A stretch of 46,424 nucleotides of DNA from Bacteroidota bacterium (GTDB lineage: Bacteria > Bacteroidota > Ignavibacteria > UBA10030), in contig JADGQA010000003.1 in the NCBI GenBank assembly GCA_017882185.1, positions 1 through 46,424 of the forward strand. Direction: 5' to 3'. Shown here piece by piece: positions 37,247-46,424 of this stretch; position 1 is the stretch's first letter, and each line of letters opens with the position of its first letter. Below the pieces are notes generated by a model, which was given only the letters and a program-made list of their open reading frames with translations, searched no databases and had not been told where the DNA came from. The position numbers and the translations under genes were made by a program.

Positions 37247-38755
37247 ATGAATCGACCGAAAACAATCGCTGAGCTCAGACAGAGCGGATACAAGGTACTT
37301 ACCGTCAAGGATGAAATAAGGAAGAACCTTGTCGAGAAGCTCCGGAGAAAGGACCATCTCTTTCCCGGTATCATTGGGTATGACAAGACTGTAATCCCGG
37401 CAATTGTGAATTCGCTCCTCGCGAAACACGATATTCTCCTCCTCGGACTCAGGGGTCAGGCAAAATCCCGCCTGGTCAGAATGCTTCCTTCCCTTCTGGA
37501 CGAATACGTGCCAATCATTAAAGGAAGCGAGCTGAATGAAAATCCATTCAAACCGGTCACCAAGCGCAGTATCGAAGTGATTCAGGAACACGGAGACGCC
37601 GTTGAAATTGAATGGCTACACCGCGACCAACGCTTTTCAGAGAAACTGGCAACTCCTGACGTCACCATCGCGGACCTGATTGGCGACATCGACCCGATCA
37701 AGGCGGCAACGCAGAGACTCCATTACGCACACGAAGGTGCCATTCATTTCGGAATCATTCCACGGACCAATCGCGGCATTTTCGCCATTAACGAATTGCC
37801 CGATCTTCAGCCACGCATCCAGGTGGGGTTGTTCAATATCATGGAAGAGAAAGACATCCAGATTCGTGGATTCAACATTCGCATTCCACTTGACCTCCTC
37901 ATCGTGTTCACAGCGAATCCCGAGGACTACACGAACCGCGGCAATCTCATCACGCCGTTGAAGGATCGAATTGACTCTCAGATCCACACGCACTACCCGA
38001 GAACGCTCGAGGAAGCGGTGTCGATCACGGAACAAGAAGCGTGGATCAATCGTGAGGAACGCAAGGTTGTCATTCCACAATATTTCAAGGAAATAGTCGA
38101 ACAGATTGCGTTCGAAGCGAGAAAAAGCGAGTACGTAGATCAGAAATCCGGCGTAAGCGCACGGTTGACGATTTCCGCCATGGAGAATCTTGTCAGCAAT
38201 GCTGAACGCCGGGCAATCATGCTGAACGATCCGTGCGTGGTTCCCCGAATCTGCGACCTTCAGTACACGCTTCCCTCCATGACCGGTAAAGTGGAACTTG
38301 TCTTCGAAGGCGAACAGGAAGGGGCACTCAAAGTCGGAAAGGCTCTTCTGGGAAAGGCTGTGCGGTCAGTGTTCCAGCATTACTTCCCCGATCCTCTGCA
38401 GCGCCGGCCTAAGCATCAGGGAGAGGGGAAACAGAAGGACGACTCGGAGTATGGGAAGATCGTGAACTGGTTTGAAGCCGGAAACAAAGTGGAAATTTCA
38501 GACGATGTGCCCTTCGAAGCCTACCGCCGGGAACTGGAACGTGTGCCAAGCCTCATGGAGATCACCAAGAAACATCTGAAGATTGCTACGGACAACGTGC
38601 GCGAGCTTGCATCAGCAATGGAGTTCGTGCTCGATGCGCTCCACCAGTGCTCGAAGATCGCAAAGGACGAGGTCGATCACATCACCGCTTATAAAGACAT
38701 GGTGGGAAGTATTTTCACAGGCAAAGGTATCAATATCGAGGAAGAGGAAATCTGA
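37247..38755 (+). CDS. Mg-chelatase-like AAA+ ATPase
   Basis: GLRGQAKS, EKLATPD, RGIFAINELPDL, FTANPEDYTNRG, THYP, SGVSAR. ATG 37247 follows AGGAGG. Confidence 0.85.
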   Translation: MNRPKTIAELRQSGYKVLTVKDEIRKNLVEKLRRKDHLFPGIIGYDKTVIPAIVNSLLAKHDILLLGLRGQAKSRLVRMLPSLLDEYVPIIKGSELNENPFKPVTKRSIEVIQEHGDAVEIEWLHRDQRFSEKLATPDVTIADLIGDIDPIKAATQRLHYAHEGAIHFGIIPRTNRGIFAINELPDLQPRIQVGLFNIMEEKDIQIRGFNIRIPLDLLIVFTANPEDYTNRGNLITPLKDRIDSQIHTHYPRTLEEAVSITEQEAWINREERKVVIPQYFKEIVEQIAFEARKSEYVDQKSGVSARLTISAMENLVSNAERRAIMLNDPCVVPRICDLQYTLPSMTGKVELVFEGEQEGALKVGKALLGKAVRSVFQHYFPDPLQRRPKHQGEGKQKDDSEYGKIVNWFEAGNKVEISDDVPFEAYRRELERVPSLMEITKKHLKIATDNVRELASAMEFVLDALHQCSKIAKDEVDHITAYKDMVGSIFTGKGINIEEEEI

Positions 38756-39858
38756 TGCGCGTTCGATATACCAAATGGACACCCGAGTCGCAGACGGACG
38801 AGCAACGAATGCAATCGTTGATGTCCCTGTTCAGCTACCTCATGGTAAAGACAAGCGGGGATGTCGAAGAAGCACTGGAGTGGCTCAGACAACTCGCCCA
38901 ACAGCACGGCATTTTCGATGAAGATCTCACCATGGAAGAATTGATCGGGAAACTGAAAGAGATGGGCATCATCGAAGAAGTGGAAGGTGTCAATACCCTG
39001 ACGACGAGAGGTGTTCAGAAAATCAGGCAGGATGCCCTGAGACACGTTTTTTCATCGCTGAAGAAGGCTCCGGGGGGAAGTCACGAAATACCGGACAGCG
39101 GAACGGGAGTCGACAGATTGAGCGAGACCAAGAAATTTTCTTTTGGCGATATGCCCACCAATATCGACCTCACGGCGACGCTGACTAACGCATTCATCCG
39201 TGATGGTCTCGACAATTTTACGCTGAAGGAAGAAGATCTCGAAGTCTATGAGACCGAGCACCTGACGAGCTGTGCAACAGTTCTCTTGCTCGATATCAGC
39301 CACAGCATGATTCTGTATGGTGAAGATCGGATCACACCCGCAAAACAAGTCGCACTTGCTCTCGCGGAGATGATTCGAATCAAATTCCCTAAAGACTATA
39401 TGGCTCTTGTGGTGTTTGGGGATGAGGCCAAGATCCTCAGCATCAACGAGATTCCTTTCCTCCAGGTCGGACCCTTTCATACCAACACGAGAGCGGGACT
39501 TCAGCTCGGGAGAAGTTTGCTGCGAAGGTGCGGCAATGTCAACAAGCAGATTTTCATGGTGACGGACGGGAAACCTTCTGCAATTTTCGACGATGCCGGG
39601 CGCTTGTACAAGAATTCCTTTGGCCTCGATCCCCGTATCGTGAACAAGACGCTCGATGAAGCTGTACAGTGCAGACGCGAGAAGATAACGGTTTCAACAT
39701 TCATGGTCGCGCAAGACCCCTACCTTGTGAATTTTGTGGAGGAGTTCACAAAGGCAAATCAAGGACGGGCATATTTTTCCGATCTCAACAATTTGGGGGA
39801 ATACATTTTCGTGGACTACCTTCGGAATCGTCGAAAAAGGATTAACGCGGGACGATAG
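38755..39858 (+). CDS. von Willebrand factor A domain protein
   Basis: MIDAS DISHS, TN, VTDGKP. TGATG coupling to the ATPase. Confidence 0.87.
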   Translation: MRVRYTKWTPESQTDEQRMQSLMSLFSYLMVKTSGDVEEALEWLRQLAQQHGIFDEDLTMEELIGKLKEMGIIEEVEGVNTLTTRGVQKIRQDALRHVFSSLKKAPGGSHEIPDSGTGVDRLSETKKFSFGDMPTNIDLTATLTNAFIRDGLDNFTLKEEDLEVYETEHLTSCATVLLLDISHSMILYGEDRITPAKQVALALAEMIRIKFPKDYMALVVFGDEAKILSINEIPFLQVGPFHTNTRAGLQLGRSLLRRCGNVNKQIFMVTDGKPSAIFDDAGRLYKNSFGLDPRIVNKTLDEAVQCRREKITVSTFMVAQDPYLVNFVEEFTKANQGRAYFSDLNNLGEYIFVDYLRNRRKRINAGR

Positions 39859-40249
39859 TGGATCCGGACCTCATACCAAGTACAAGCCTCCACCGGAATT
39901 CTCATTTGATTCAATAAGTACCTACTTCCTCTACAAGAAACCGTTGCCCCCTCTTGCCTTGCCTACTCCGCTCTCCGGTGCCAGCCAACTGAGTTTCCCA
40001 CGGATAGGAAACTCGAATGGAACTATGTAGAATTTGCGAACCACAACAGCGCGTTGGCTGATTTAGCACTCTAAGTGATTGCAGAATAACCAAAACCCGT
40101 ACACTGGCTTGGTTTTGAATGGTATGAAATGTGATGGGCTGAAAGTCGGGGCAATCACAATAGATGGTGAAACAACGGAGCACGCCAAGTCGGAGGCAGT
40201 TCCTATTGAATCATCAATTCCAGAACCGGGGGTAGAAGAGGAGGCTTAT

Positions 40250-40495
40250 ATGATTTGGGTAGTAGGAATCCTTGGGTATGTGGTCGCAGTCGTTTCGATT
40301 GTGCGGTTCTTTCAATTCGTTACGGATACAGATCGTTCAATCATGAAATTCACGGTTGCCGTGGATGGGATGAGCGAATTGCGAGCCGGAGTTCGGGAAA
40401 TTGTGTCTTCTTCAACGAAAGTGGCAAAACGACAAGGAACATTGAAGACGAAAAAGCCCACAAAGGATTTCTCGAGGCGAGTGTTGCGTGCGTGA
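40250..40495 (+). CDS. Small membrane-anchored hypothetical protein (81 aa)
   Basis: GAGGAGG RBS before ATG 40250; single N-terminal TM helix; basic tail; terminator downstream. Confidence 0.6.
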   Translation: MIWVVGILGYVVAVVSIVRFFQFVTDTDRSIMKFTVAVDGMSELRAGVREIVSSSTKVAKRQGTLKTKKPTKDFSRRVLRA

Positions 40496-40550
40496 AGAAT
40501 TACTGATCTGCCGTGATGAGGGAACGATGTTGGGATTGGCCTGAGTTGCC

Positions 40551-40588
40551 GAGAGCTGTCGGGAAGTCTGGGCAGCTCTCTTAATTTC
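40551..40588 (+). terminator. Intrinsic terminator
   Basis: gagagctgtc...ggcagctctc stem followed by ttaatttc. Confidence 0.55.
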
Positions 40589-40792
40589 TGGCGCCTATTG
40601 CCGAACGACCAACTGAAAAGATACTATTCTCTTCACCCCTGCTACGTCCGGTCAGTCTTCAGATTTCACCTTCTTTGTATAAGCTCGACCCAATTCAGTT
40701 ATCCTGATATCATACCGGCCACTCGATTTGAGCGCTTCCTTCTACCGCTTATTCTGACACGATAACAGCGATCAATGGAACTGCTCGTCAAT

Positions 40793-41047
40793 TCACAAGG
40801 GAATGTCCGTCCGCTTCGTGTTGCACGAATAGCAGAAGAACGCCATCTCCTGATTCATAGCACCACAAATTGGACATCGCCACGTGAGATCCGGTCGACT
40901 GCGAACAAGAATCACAGCAACGAGTGCGAAGATTCCAAAGAAGAGTCCCAAGAAGAACCATGTCTCGACTCTGCGCTTTTTTCGGTAGGCAATGAACGCC
41001 GACAACACAGCGCAGACCAACCAGAAGATGATTACAAAAGTTTCCAT
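40793..41047 (-). CDS. Small two-TM protein with a zinc ribbon
   Basis: IA..K.R...WF.LG..FG.FAL pattern plus WRCPIC...N....CYSC. Confidence 0.7.
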   Translation of the reverse strand: METFVIIFWLVCAVLSAFIAYRKKRRVETWFFLGLFFGIFALVAVILVRSRPDLTWRCPICGAMNQEMAFFCYSCNTKRTDIPL

Positions 41048-41603
41048 TATGGTTTTATTGGCTATCGGACGAGGTTCAGTTCAAAATACACTATACCTGA
41101 CTGGAATGCGACTCTGCAATACAATCAAGGCTTGCACACTTCGTTTTGAATGAACTGTTCACTGCAATGTGACTTCTGGATCTGCGTCAGTGGAAGCTCG
41201 ATGATCCTGCAAGTGGGGAACCATACCTTAGATCATAAAACATTTCCTGGATTCTTACCAGGCGCGGTCACAAAGATCCAGAAAAGTACACACTCAAAAT
41301 AACAAACAAAGCTCCAAGAATCCACCTTCGACGACTACCGATGCATCACAACCGACGATCTGTGCTCGTCTCCAATCTGCTGGATTTCAATACGTATCAC
41401 CCATCTTACCAGACCATTCATTGCGTACAACCGCAATCAGATTGAATTGCTGAACACTGAGACTTTGATAGCGATCGCTCCGGATTCACGAAAGGAGTTC
41501 TCTTCAACTCATTCCCCATCAATTTGAATTTCTCCGCAAAAATGCTCATTTTGTTGACAGAATTGGGCTGCGAATACAATATTTTTCCTAATTGTGGCAT
41601 TTT

Positions 41604-42368
41604 GTGTTACTGATCTTCCCATCCATAGAAATTAGTCACGAGTGCTGCGTCCAGGTGGTTCATGGACCCAAGGGAAGCGAGCAATCCTATTCCATCGATC
41701 CTGTTCAGATGGCAATTCTCTGGCGAGGCGAAAATGCGAAGACGCTCCATATTGTCGACTTGGATGGAGTCGCAGAAGGCAAGGTCAAGCACAAGGATCT
41801 GATTCGCCGAATGGTGCAGGCTGTGGATATTCCTATTCAAGTCGGAGGTGGATTGCGGTCCTATGAAGAAGTCGAACAGATCTTTGAGCTGGGGGTTTAT
41901 CGAGTCATCATTGGAACAGCATCCGTTGAACAACCTGAGCTGGTCGAACGGCTTGTCAAACAGTTTGGTTCTCGCAAGATTGCGATCGGCATCGATTGTC
42001 GCAATGACAAATTGCTTATTTCGGACCACAAGACAGTAGCTCCGATTACGCCACTGCAGCACGCGCTCCAAATGCAGAAACTCGGCGTAAGCAGGATTCT
42101 TCTTTCCGTGCGCGAAGAGGATAGCAACGAGCACAAGCTGGCATTTGATAGCTTGAAGGAGCTGGCCCAAAAAACGGACATCAGGATCACAGCGTGGGGA
42201 GGCGTCAAAGACTATCAAGATCTTATTAAACTTCAGGAACTCGAAAAATACGGCGTCGATTCCGTCATCATTGCCAAGCCACTCTATCAAAACACGTTCC
42301 CCTGCCAGGGGCTCTGGCGAATCAATGAACAACAGTTGGTGGATCTTGGACCCACGCGAAGAGCATAA
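41604..42368 (+). CDS. HisA/HisF-family TIM-barrel protein (divergent HisA-like)
   Basis: HIVDLDG, QVGGGLR, RVIIGT, GID conserved, but PAID is PSIE. Likely GTG start at 41604. Confidence 0.8.
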   Translation: MLLIFPSIEISHECCVQVVHGPKGSEQSYSIDPVQMAILWRGENAKTLHIVDLDGVAEGKVKHKDLIRRMVQAVDIPIQVGGGLRSYEEVEQIFELGVYRVIIGTASVEQPELVERLVKQFGSRKIAIGIDCRNDKLLISDHKTVAPITPLQHALQMQKLGVSRILLSVREEDSNEHKLAFDSLKELAQKTDIRITAWGGVKDYQDLIKLQELEKYGVDSVIIAKPLYQNTFPCQGLWRINEQQLVDLGPTRRA

Positions 42369-42371
42369 GTC

Positions 42372-43316
42372 ATGACCATTACTGTCATAGGACATCTTTG
42401 CGTGGACGAAATCCATTTCCCCCCGAATGCGGGACACGAACATGCCGTGCAGGAGGGGTTTGGCGGTATCTTGTTCTCCGTTGCGACCCTTGCCAGCCTC
42501 GCGGGACCGAACGATGTCATTCATCCTGTTTTTGGCGTGGGAGAAAAGGAATATGATGGCTTCAAGAAGATGCTTGAAGCGTTCCCCAATATCGATACTA
42601 CAGGAATTTTTAGGTCCAAGGGGAAGACCAATCGCGTGCTCTTTTTCTACGGAGAGGAAAAAGGCATACGAACAGAATGCACAAACCATATCTCAGAGCC
42701 TATCCCATTTGGCAAAATCAAACCATATCTCGATGCAGATGGAATCCTCATCAACATGATTTCCGGTTTTGATATCACGCTCGAGACCTTGGATGCAATT
42801 CGGATGGCCATTCGGGATGCGCGAACACCAATCCATTTCGATTTCCATTCTCTGACGCTCGGCATCGATCAGGATTCCAAGCGATTCCGACGCCCGCTGA
42901 CAGAATGGAGACGATGGTGTTTTATGCTGAATTCCATCCAGATGAGTCAGGAAGAGTCGTTAGGACTTACTGCGGAACACTATGATGAGCCAACCCTTGT
43001 CAATCAATTGATGCCGCTCATGGTCAATGCCCTTGTAATCACGAGGGGCGAAAAGGGAACGACGGCGATTCTGCAGGAGAACAAGAAACTCACCCGCTAC
43101 GACATAGCCGGGACCTCATTCGGCCCCACCATTGACACGATCGGTTGTGGCGATGTCTTCGGGGCTGCGTTTCTTTATCACTCGCTCATCAACAAAGGCT
43201 ACGTTGGGGCCGGCGAATTCGCAAACCAAGCGGCTGGAATAAAGTCCACGTTCACCGGCACAGACGGCTTACGCGGACTTGCAGAGAAACTGAAATCGGT
43301 TTCGGTCACAGGTTAA
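42372..43316 (+). CDS. PfkB/ribokinase-family kinase
   Basis: IG...D, GG, ITRGEKG, DTIGCGDVFGAAF, FAN.AAG. Confidence 0.85.
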   Translation: MTITVIGHLCVDEIHFPPNAGHEHAVQEGFGGILFSVATLASLAGPNDVIHPVFGVGEKEYDGFKKMLEAFPNIDTTGIFRSKGKTNRVLFFYGEEKGIRTECTNHISEPIPFGKIKPYLDADGILINMISGFDITLETLDAIRMAIRDARTPIHFDFHSLTLGIDQDSKRFRRPLTEWRRWCFMLNSIQMSQEESLGLTAEHYDEPTLVNQLMPLMVNALVITRGEKGTTAILQENKKLTRYDIAGTSFGPTIDTIGCGDVFGAAFLYHSLINKGYVGAGEFANQAAGIKSTFTGTDGLRGLAEKLKSVSVTG

Positions 43317-43347
43317 TCCTCCACACAGTTGAATCGAACTAAAAGAT

Positions 43348-44742
43348 ATGATTATCATGAAATTCGGCGGGACTTCGGTCGAAAATGCCCGCTCCATGGA
43401 AAGCGTCATCCAAATTGTTGCCCGTGAGCGGGAGCGCCAGCCTCTCGTGGTCCTCTCCGCAATCGCCGGGGCCACGAACGATCTGCTCACATGCGCGCAG
43501 AACGCGTTGGAGGGAAAGTTGGACGACTCGGTTTCCGTTCTCAACAACCTCCTCGAGCGGCACGTAACAATTGCCGAGAACATCATCGACAACAGGCCAT
43601 CGTATCAACAAGTGATCCAGTTCTGCCGGCGCCGCATCGAAGAGCTGAGAAACCTCTGCCAGGGCATTGCGATTCTTGGCGAGCTCACGAACCGGTCCCT
43701 GGACGCAATTTCCTCCGTTGGAGAGCGAATGTCATCCATGATCCTTTGCGAAGGGATGAAACAACGGGGATTCTCCGTCGAGCTCGTCGACGCGCGCACA
43801 TTCATGTTCACGGACGAACATTATGCATCCGCCGTCCCGCTCTTCGACCGAATTGACTCGAAGGCAAGAGAAGTGTTTTCCCCTTTGCTTAAATCCGGCA
43901 AGATTCCGATTACTCAAGGTTTCATCGGCTGTACAATCAAGGGAATCACGACGACGCTCGGCCGGGGGGGGGCAGACTATTCGGCCGCCATTCTTGGTGC
44001 TGCACTCGACGCCGAAGAGATCCAAATCTGGACCGATGTTGACGGTGTTCTGACCGCTGATCCCCGGATCGCACCAAAGGCCCAAAAGCTAAAAATCATT
44101 TCGTTCCGTGAAGCTTCCGAGCTTGCGTATTTTGGAGCGAAGGTGCTGCACCCGAGCACGATTCTGCCGGCAATCAAAAAGAACATCCCGGTCGTCGTCC
44201 TGAATTCAAAGAGACCGGAATCCACCGGGACGAGGATTGTCGCAAATCCGCCGAAAACAAATGTTCCCGTGAAATCAATCGCATCAAAAAAGGGAATTAC
44301 GGTCATCAATATCCAATCGACGCGGATGTTGATGGCGCACGGTTTTCTCGAATCAATTTTTGCCGTGTTTAACCGTCATAAAACGTCGGTCGACCTTGTA
44401 AGCACCTCCGAAGTAGCCGTCTCCCTCACGATTGACAATTCCGAGCAGCTCGAGAATATCGTTACGGAGCTAAAGAATTTTTCCGATGTGGCCATCTACG
44501 ATCAGAAGGCGATCGTTTGTATTGTCGGAGACCAGATGAATTCCACGGCAGGAATTGCAGACAAAATTTTCAGCGCACTTGGTGATATCAATGTGATGAT
44601 GATCTCGATGGGTGCATCGGAAATCAATATGAGCCTCGTGATCGAAGAGAACAGAGTGGACGACGCCGTCCGGCAATTGCACAAAGAGTTCTTCGAACCG
44701 GTCCCGGAAGTTGAATTGTTCGACGCCGTAGGAGTGAATTGA
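43348..44742 (+). CDS. lysC: Aspartate kinase (lysine-sensitive type)
   Basis: KFGGTSV, GE..S, TTLGRGGADYSA, WTDVDG, ELAYFGAKVLHP, two ACT domains. Confidence 0.96.
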   Translation: MIIMKFGGTSVENARSMESVIQIVARERERQPLVVLSAIAGATNDLLTCAQNALEGKLDDSVSVLNNLLERHVTIAENIIDNRPSYQQVIQFCRRRIEELRNLCQGIAILGELTNRSLDAISSVGERMSSMILCEGMKQRGFSVELVDARTFMFTDEHYASAVPLFDRIDSKAREVFSPLLKSGKIPITQGFIGCTIKGITTTLGRGGADYSAAILGAALDAEEIQIWTDVDGVLTADPRIAPKAQKLKIISFREASELAYFGAKVLHPSTILPAIKKNIPVVVLNSKRPESTGTRIVANPPKTNVPVKSIASKKGITVINIQSTRMLMAHGFLESIFAVFNRHKTSVDLVSTSEVAVSLTIDNSEQLENIVTELKNFSDVAIYDQKAIVCIVGDQMNSTAGIADKIFSALGDINVMMISMGASEINMSLVIEENRVDDAVRQLHKEFFEPVPEVELFDAVGVN

Positions 44743-44746
44743 ACCC

Positions 44747-45475
44747 ATGAATATCACGCTGATCGGTTACGGGAAAATGGGAAAGGAAATCGACCGACTC
44801 GCATCGGAGCGGGGTATTACCATTATTGAACGATTGGATCTCGGCTCGCCGATCAAGGACAGCGAGATTCAACGCACGGATGTCGCGATTCAATTTGCGA
44901 GTCCCGAATCCGTGTTGCCACACGTCCAGCGTTGGGCGGCCGCCGGAAAAAATATCGTTGTGGGAACGACCGGCTGGCAGAACGACCTCGACAAAGTAAA
45001 AGCAATTGTCGCCGAAACGAAGATCGGGCTCGTATACGCATCGAATTTTTCCATTGGCGTTCACATTTTCTTTCGTCTCATCAAGGAAGCGGCAACGTTG
45101 ATCAACAAGTTTGCCGAATATGATGTGTCCATTCACGAGGCGCATCACAAGGACAAGCTTGACAGTCCAAGCGGGACAGCACTGACGGCGGCAAAGATAC
45201 TGCTCGGACATATTGAGAGAAAAAAGACTGTCCTGTCTGGTCCCCCACAGGGCAAAATCAAACTGGATCAACTCCAGATCACATCGACCAGGGCCGGCGC
45301 GATCGTCGGTACGCACACCATAACCTTCGACTCTTTGGCAGATAGCATCGAGCTCAAGCACTCTGCAAAAAATAGGGCAGGGTTTGCCCTCGGGGCCCTT
45401 CTTGCCGCGGAGTGGGTTAAAAACAAACACGGATTGTTTACATTCGAAGACGTTTTGGCTGATACTATTCAATGA
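44747..45475 (+). CDS. dapB: 4-hydroxy-tetrahydrodipicolinate reductase
   Basis: GYGKMG, GTTG, SNFSIG, EAHH..KLDSPSGTA, FALGA. Confidence 0.95.
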   Translation: MNITLIGYGKMGKEIDRLASERGITIIERLDLGSPIKDSEIQRTDVAIQFASPESVLPHVQRWAAAGKNIVVGTTGWQNDLDKVKAIVAETKIGLVYASNFSIGVHIFFRLIKEAATLINKFAEYDVSIHEAHHKDKLDSPSGTALTAAKILLGHIERKKTVLSGPPQGKIKLDQLQITSTRAGAIVGTHTITFDSLADSIELKHSAKNRAGFALGALLAAEWVKNKHGLFTFEDVLADTIQ

Positions 45476-45490
45476 AAGGAATCTAATCGT

Positions 45491-46387
45491 ATGGCAGGTC
45501 GAACAAAATTCCAAGGTACGGGAACTGCTCTTGTAACTCCCTTCAAAAAGGATGGCTCACTTGACGAGGCTGCTCTCCGCCGACTGGTGGACTATGAAGT
45601 AAAAGGTGGTGTTGAGGCTCTCATCCCACTTGGTACGACCGGTGAGAGTCCTTCATTGACCCACGCGGAATTCGGGCGTGTGTTCGAAATTGTGAGGGAC
45701 CAAGCCAAGGGGAAAGTGAAAATATTCGGAGGTGCGGGCAGCAATAATACTCAAACCGCGATCGAACACACAACGTTGGTAAAGAAGATGGGTCTGGATG
45801 CGGCACTCATTGTTGGTCCTTACTACAACAAGCCGACTCAGGAAGGCTACTTCCAGCACTACCGCGCGATTGCCGACGCAGTCGACATACCAATCATCGT
45901 TTACAATGTCCCGGGAAGAACCGGCGGCAACATTGAAGCAGCGACCACCCTCAGGATGGCGGAAGAAATTCCAAACATCATGGCGGTGAAAGAAGCATCG
46001 GGAAATTTTGCACAAATCATGGAAATTGCACGAAACAAACCAAAGAATTTTTCACTCCTTTCGGGTGACGATGCTGTTACGCTCCCGGTTATGTCTGTCG
46101 GAGGCGACGGCTGCATATCTGTCGTCGCGAATGAAACGCCGCGCGAATTCTCGGACATGGTCCGGGCTTGCTTAAAAGGCAATTGGAAGAAGGCACTCGA
46201 GCTGCACAATAAGTTGCTTCCGCTGATGAATGTAAACTTCATTGAATCAAATCCGATCCCGGTCAAAGCTGCACTCGCAATGATGGGAATGATCGAAGAA
46301 GTATATCGACTTCCACTTGTCCACATTGGCGAGAAGAATCGCGAAAAGTTGAGGGCTGTTCTTGCCGGACTCAAATTGGTGAAATGA
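45491..46387 (+). CDS. dapA: 4-hydroxy-tetrahydrodipicolinate synthase
   Basis: ALVTPF, GTTGE, PYYNKP, YNVPGRT, KEASG, SGDD, ESNPIPVK. Confidence 0.97.
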   Translation: MAGRTKFQGTGTALVTPFKKDGSLDEAALRRLVDYEVKGGVEALIPLGTTGESPSLTHAEFGRVFEIVRDQAKGKVKIFGGAGSNNTQTAIEHTTLVKKMGLDAALIVGPYYNKPTQEGYFQHYRAIADAVDIPIIVYNVPGRTGGNIEAATTLRMAEEIPNIMAVKEASGNFAQIMEIARNKPKNFSLLSGDDAVTLPVMSVGGDGCISVVANETPREFSDMVRACLKGNWKKALELHNKLLPLMNVNFIESNPIPVKAALAMMGMIEEVYRLPLVHIGEKNREKLRAVLAGLKLVK

Positions 46388-46424
46388 CGCTTCGAGAACA
46401 AATAGAACACTGGTTTTCGCAACC
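46384..46424 (+). CDS. 5' fragment of the next gene, possibly dapD
   Basis: ATGA overlap with the dapA stop; reads MTLREQIEHWFSQ. Identity is inferred only from pathway order. Confidence 0.4.
   Translation, partial: MTLREQIEHWFSQ

Noticed and set aside
37133-37591. 153-aa N-terminal extension of the GT9 ORF
   Set aside because: Overlaps the AAA+ gene on the opposite strand; GT9 homology starts at ATG 37132.
41050-41590. Possible gene remnant or RNA in the 540-bp intergenic region
   Set aside because: Only short ORFs and no convincing structure; nothing supportable.
41607-42689. 360-aa minus-strand ORF, and similar long antisense ORFs at 9943-10782, 30630-31517 and 44624-45514
   Set aside because: Shadows of well-supported genes on the other strand, with no recognisable motifs.
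43964-43972. G9 tract in lysC as a phase-variation switch
   Set aside because: It encodes the conserved RGG motif in frame in a core biosynthetic gene; there is no evidence of slippage.

Overview
A 46.4-kb bacterial chromosomal segment, probably from the Ignavibacteriota/Bacteroidota-Chlorobi group (inferred from gene content and the MGQxQ-type pilin family; no marker gene is present). From left to right: (1) a minus-strand, translationally coupled operon: membrane-anchored GH2-like protein, smc, HAD phosphatase, LmtA-like methyltransferase, lpxB; (2) tpiA and sucC; (3) a tungsten module with aldehyde oxidoreductase, ThiF and ThiS divergent from wtpABC, moeA and a secreted protein; (4) pruA, nth and an ABC ATPase; (5) a decayed ~2.6-kb islet next to tRNA-Arg(TCT), bounded by 89-bp direct repeats, with tandem tRNA 3'-half copies interrupted by small palindromes; (6) a type IV filament (PilB/PilC) cluster; (7) a response regulator, FqrB-like reductase, GT9 heptosyltransferase and an AAA+/vWA pair; (8) a divergent HisA-like gene, a PfkB kinase and lysC-dapB-dapA-(dapD). 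The best candidate for an undescribed system is the filament cluster. All six pilin-like genes start M-G or M-S directly ahead of the hydrophobic helix, and nearby upstream in-frame stops exclude a class III leader. This suggests a 'leaderless', possibly prepilin-peptidase-independent type IV filament. All family calls are from motif recognition by eye; no searches were run.
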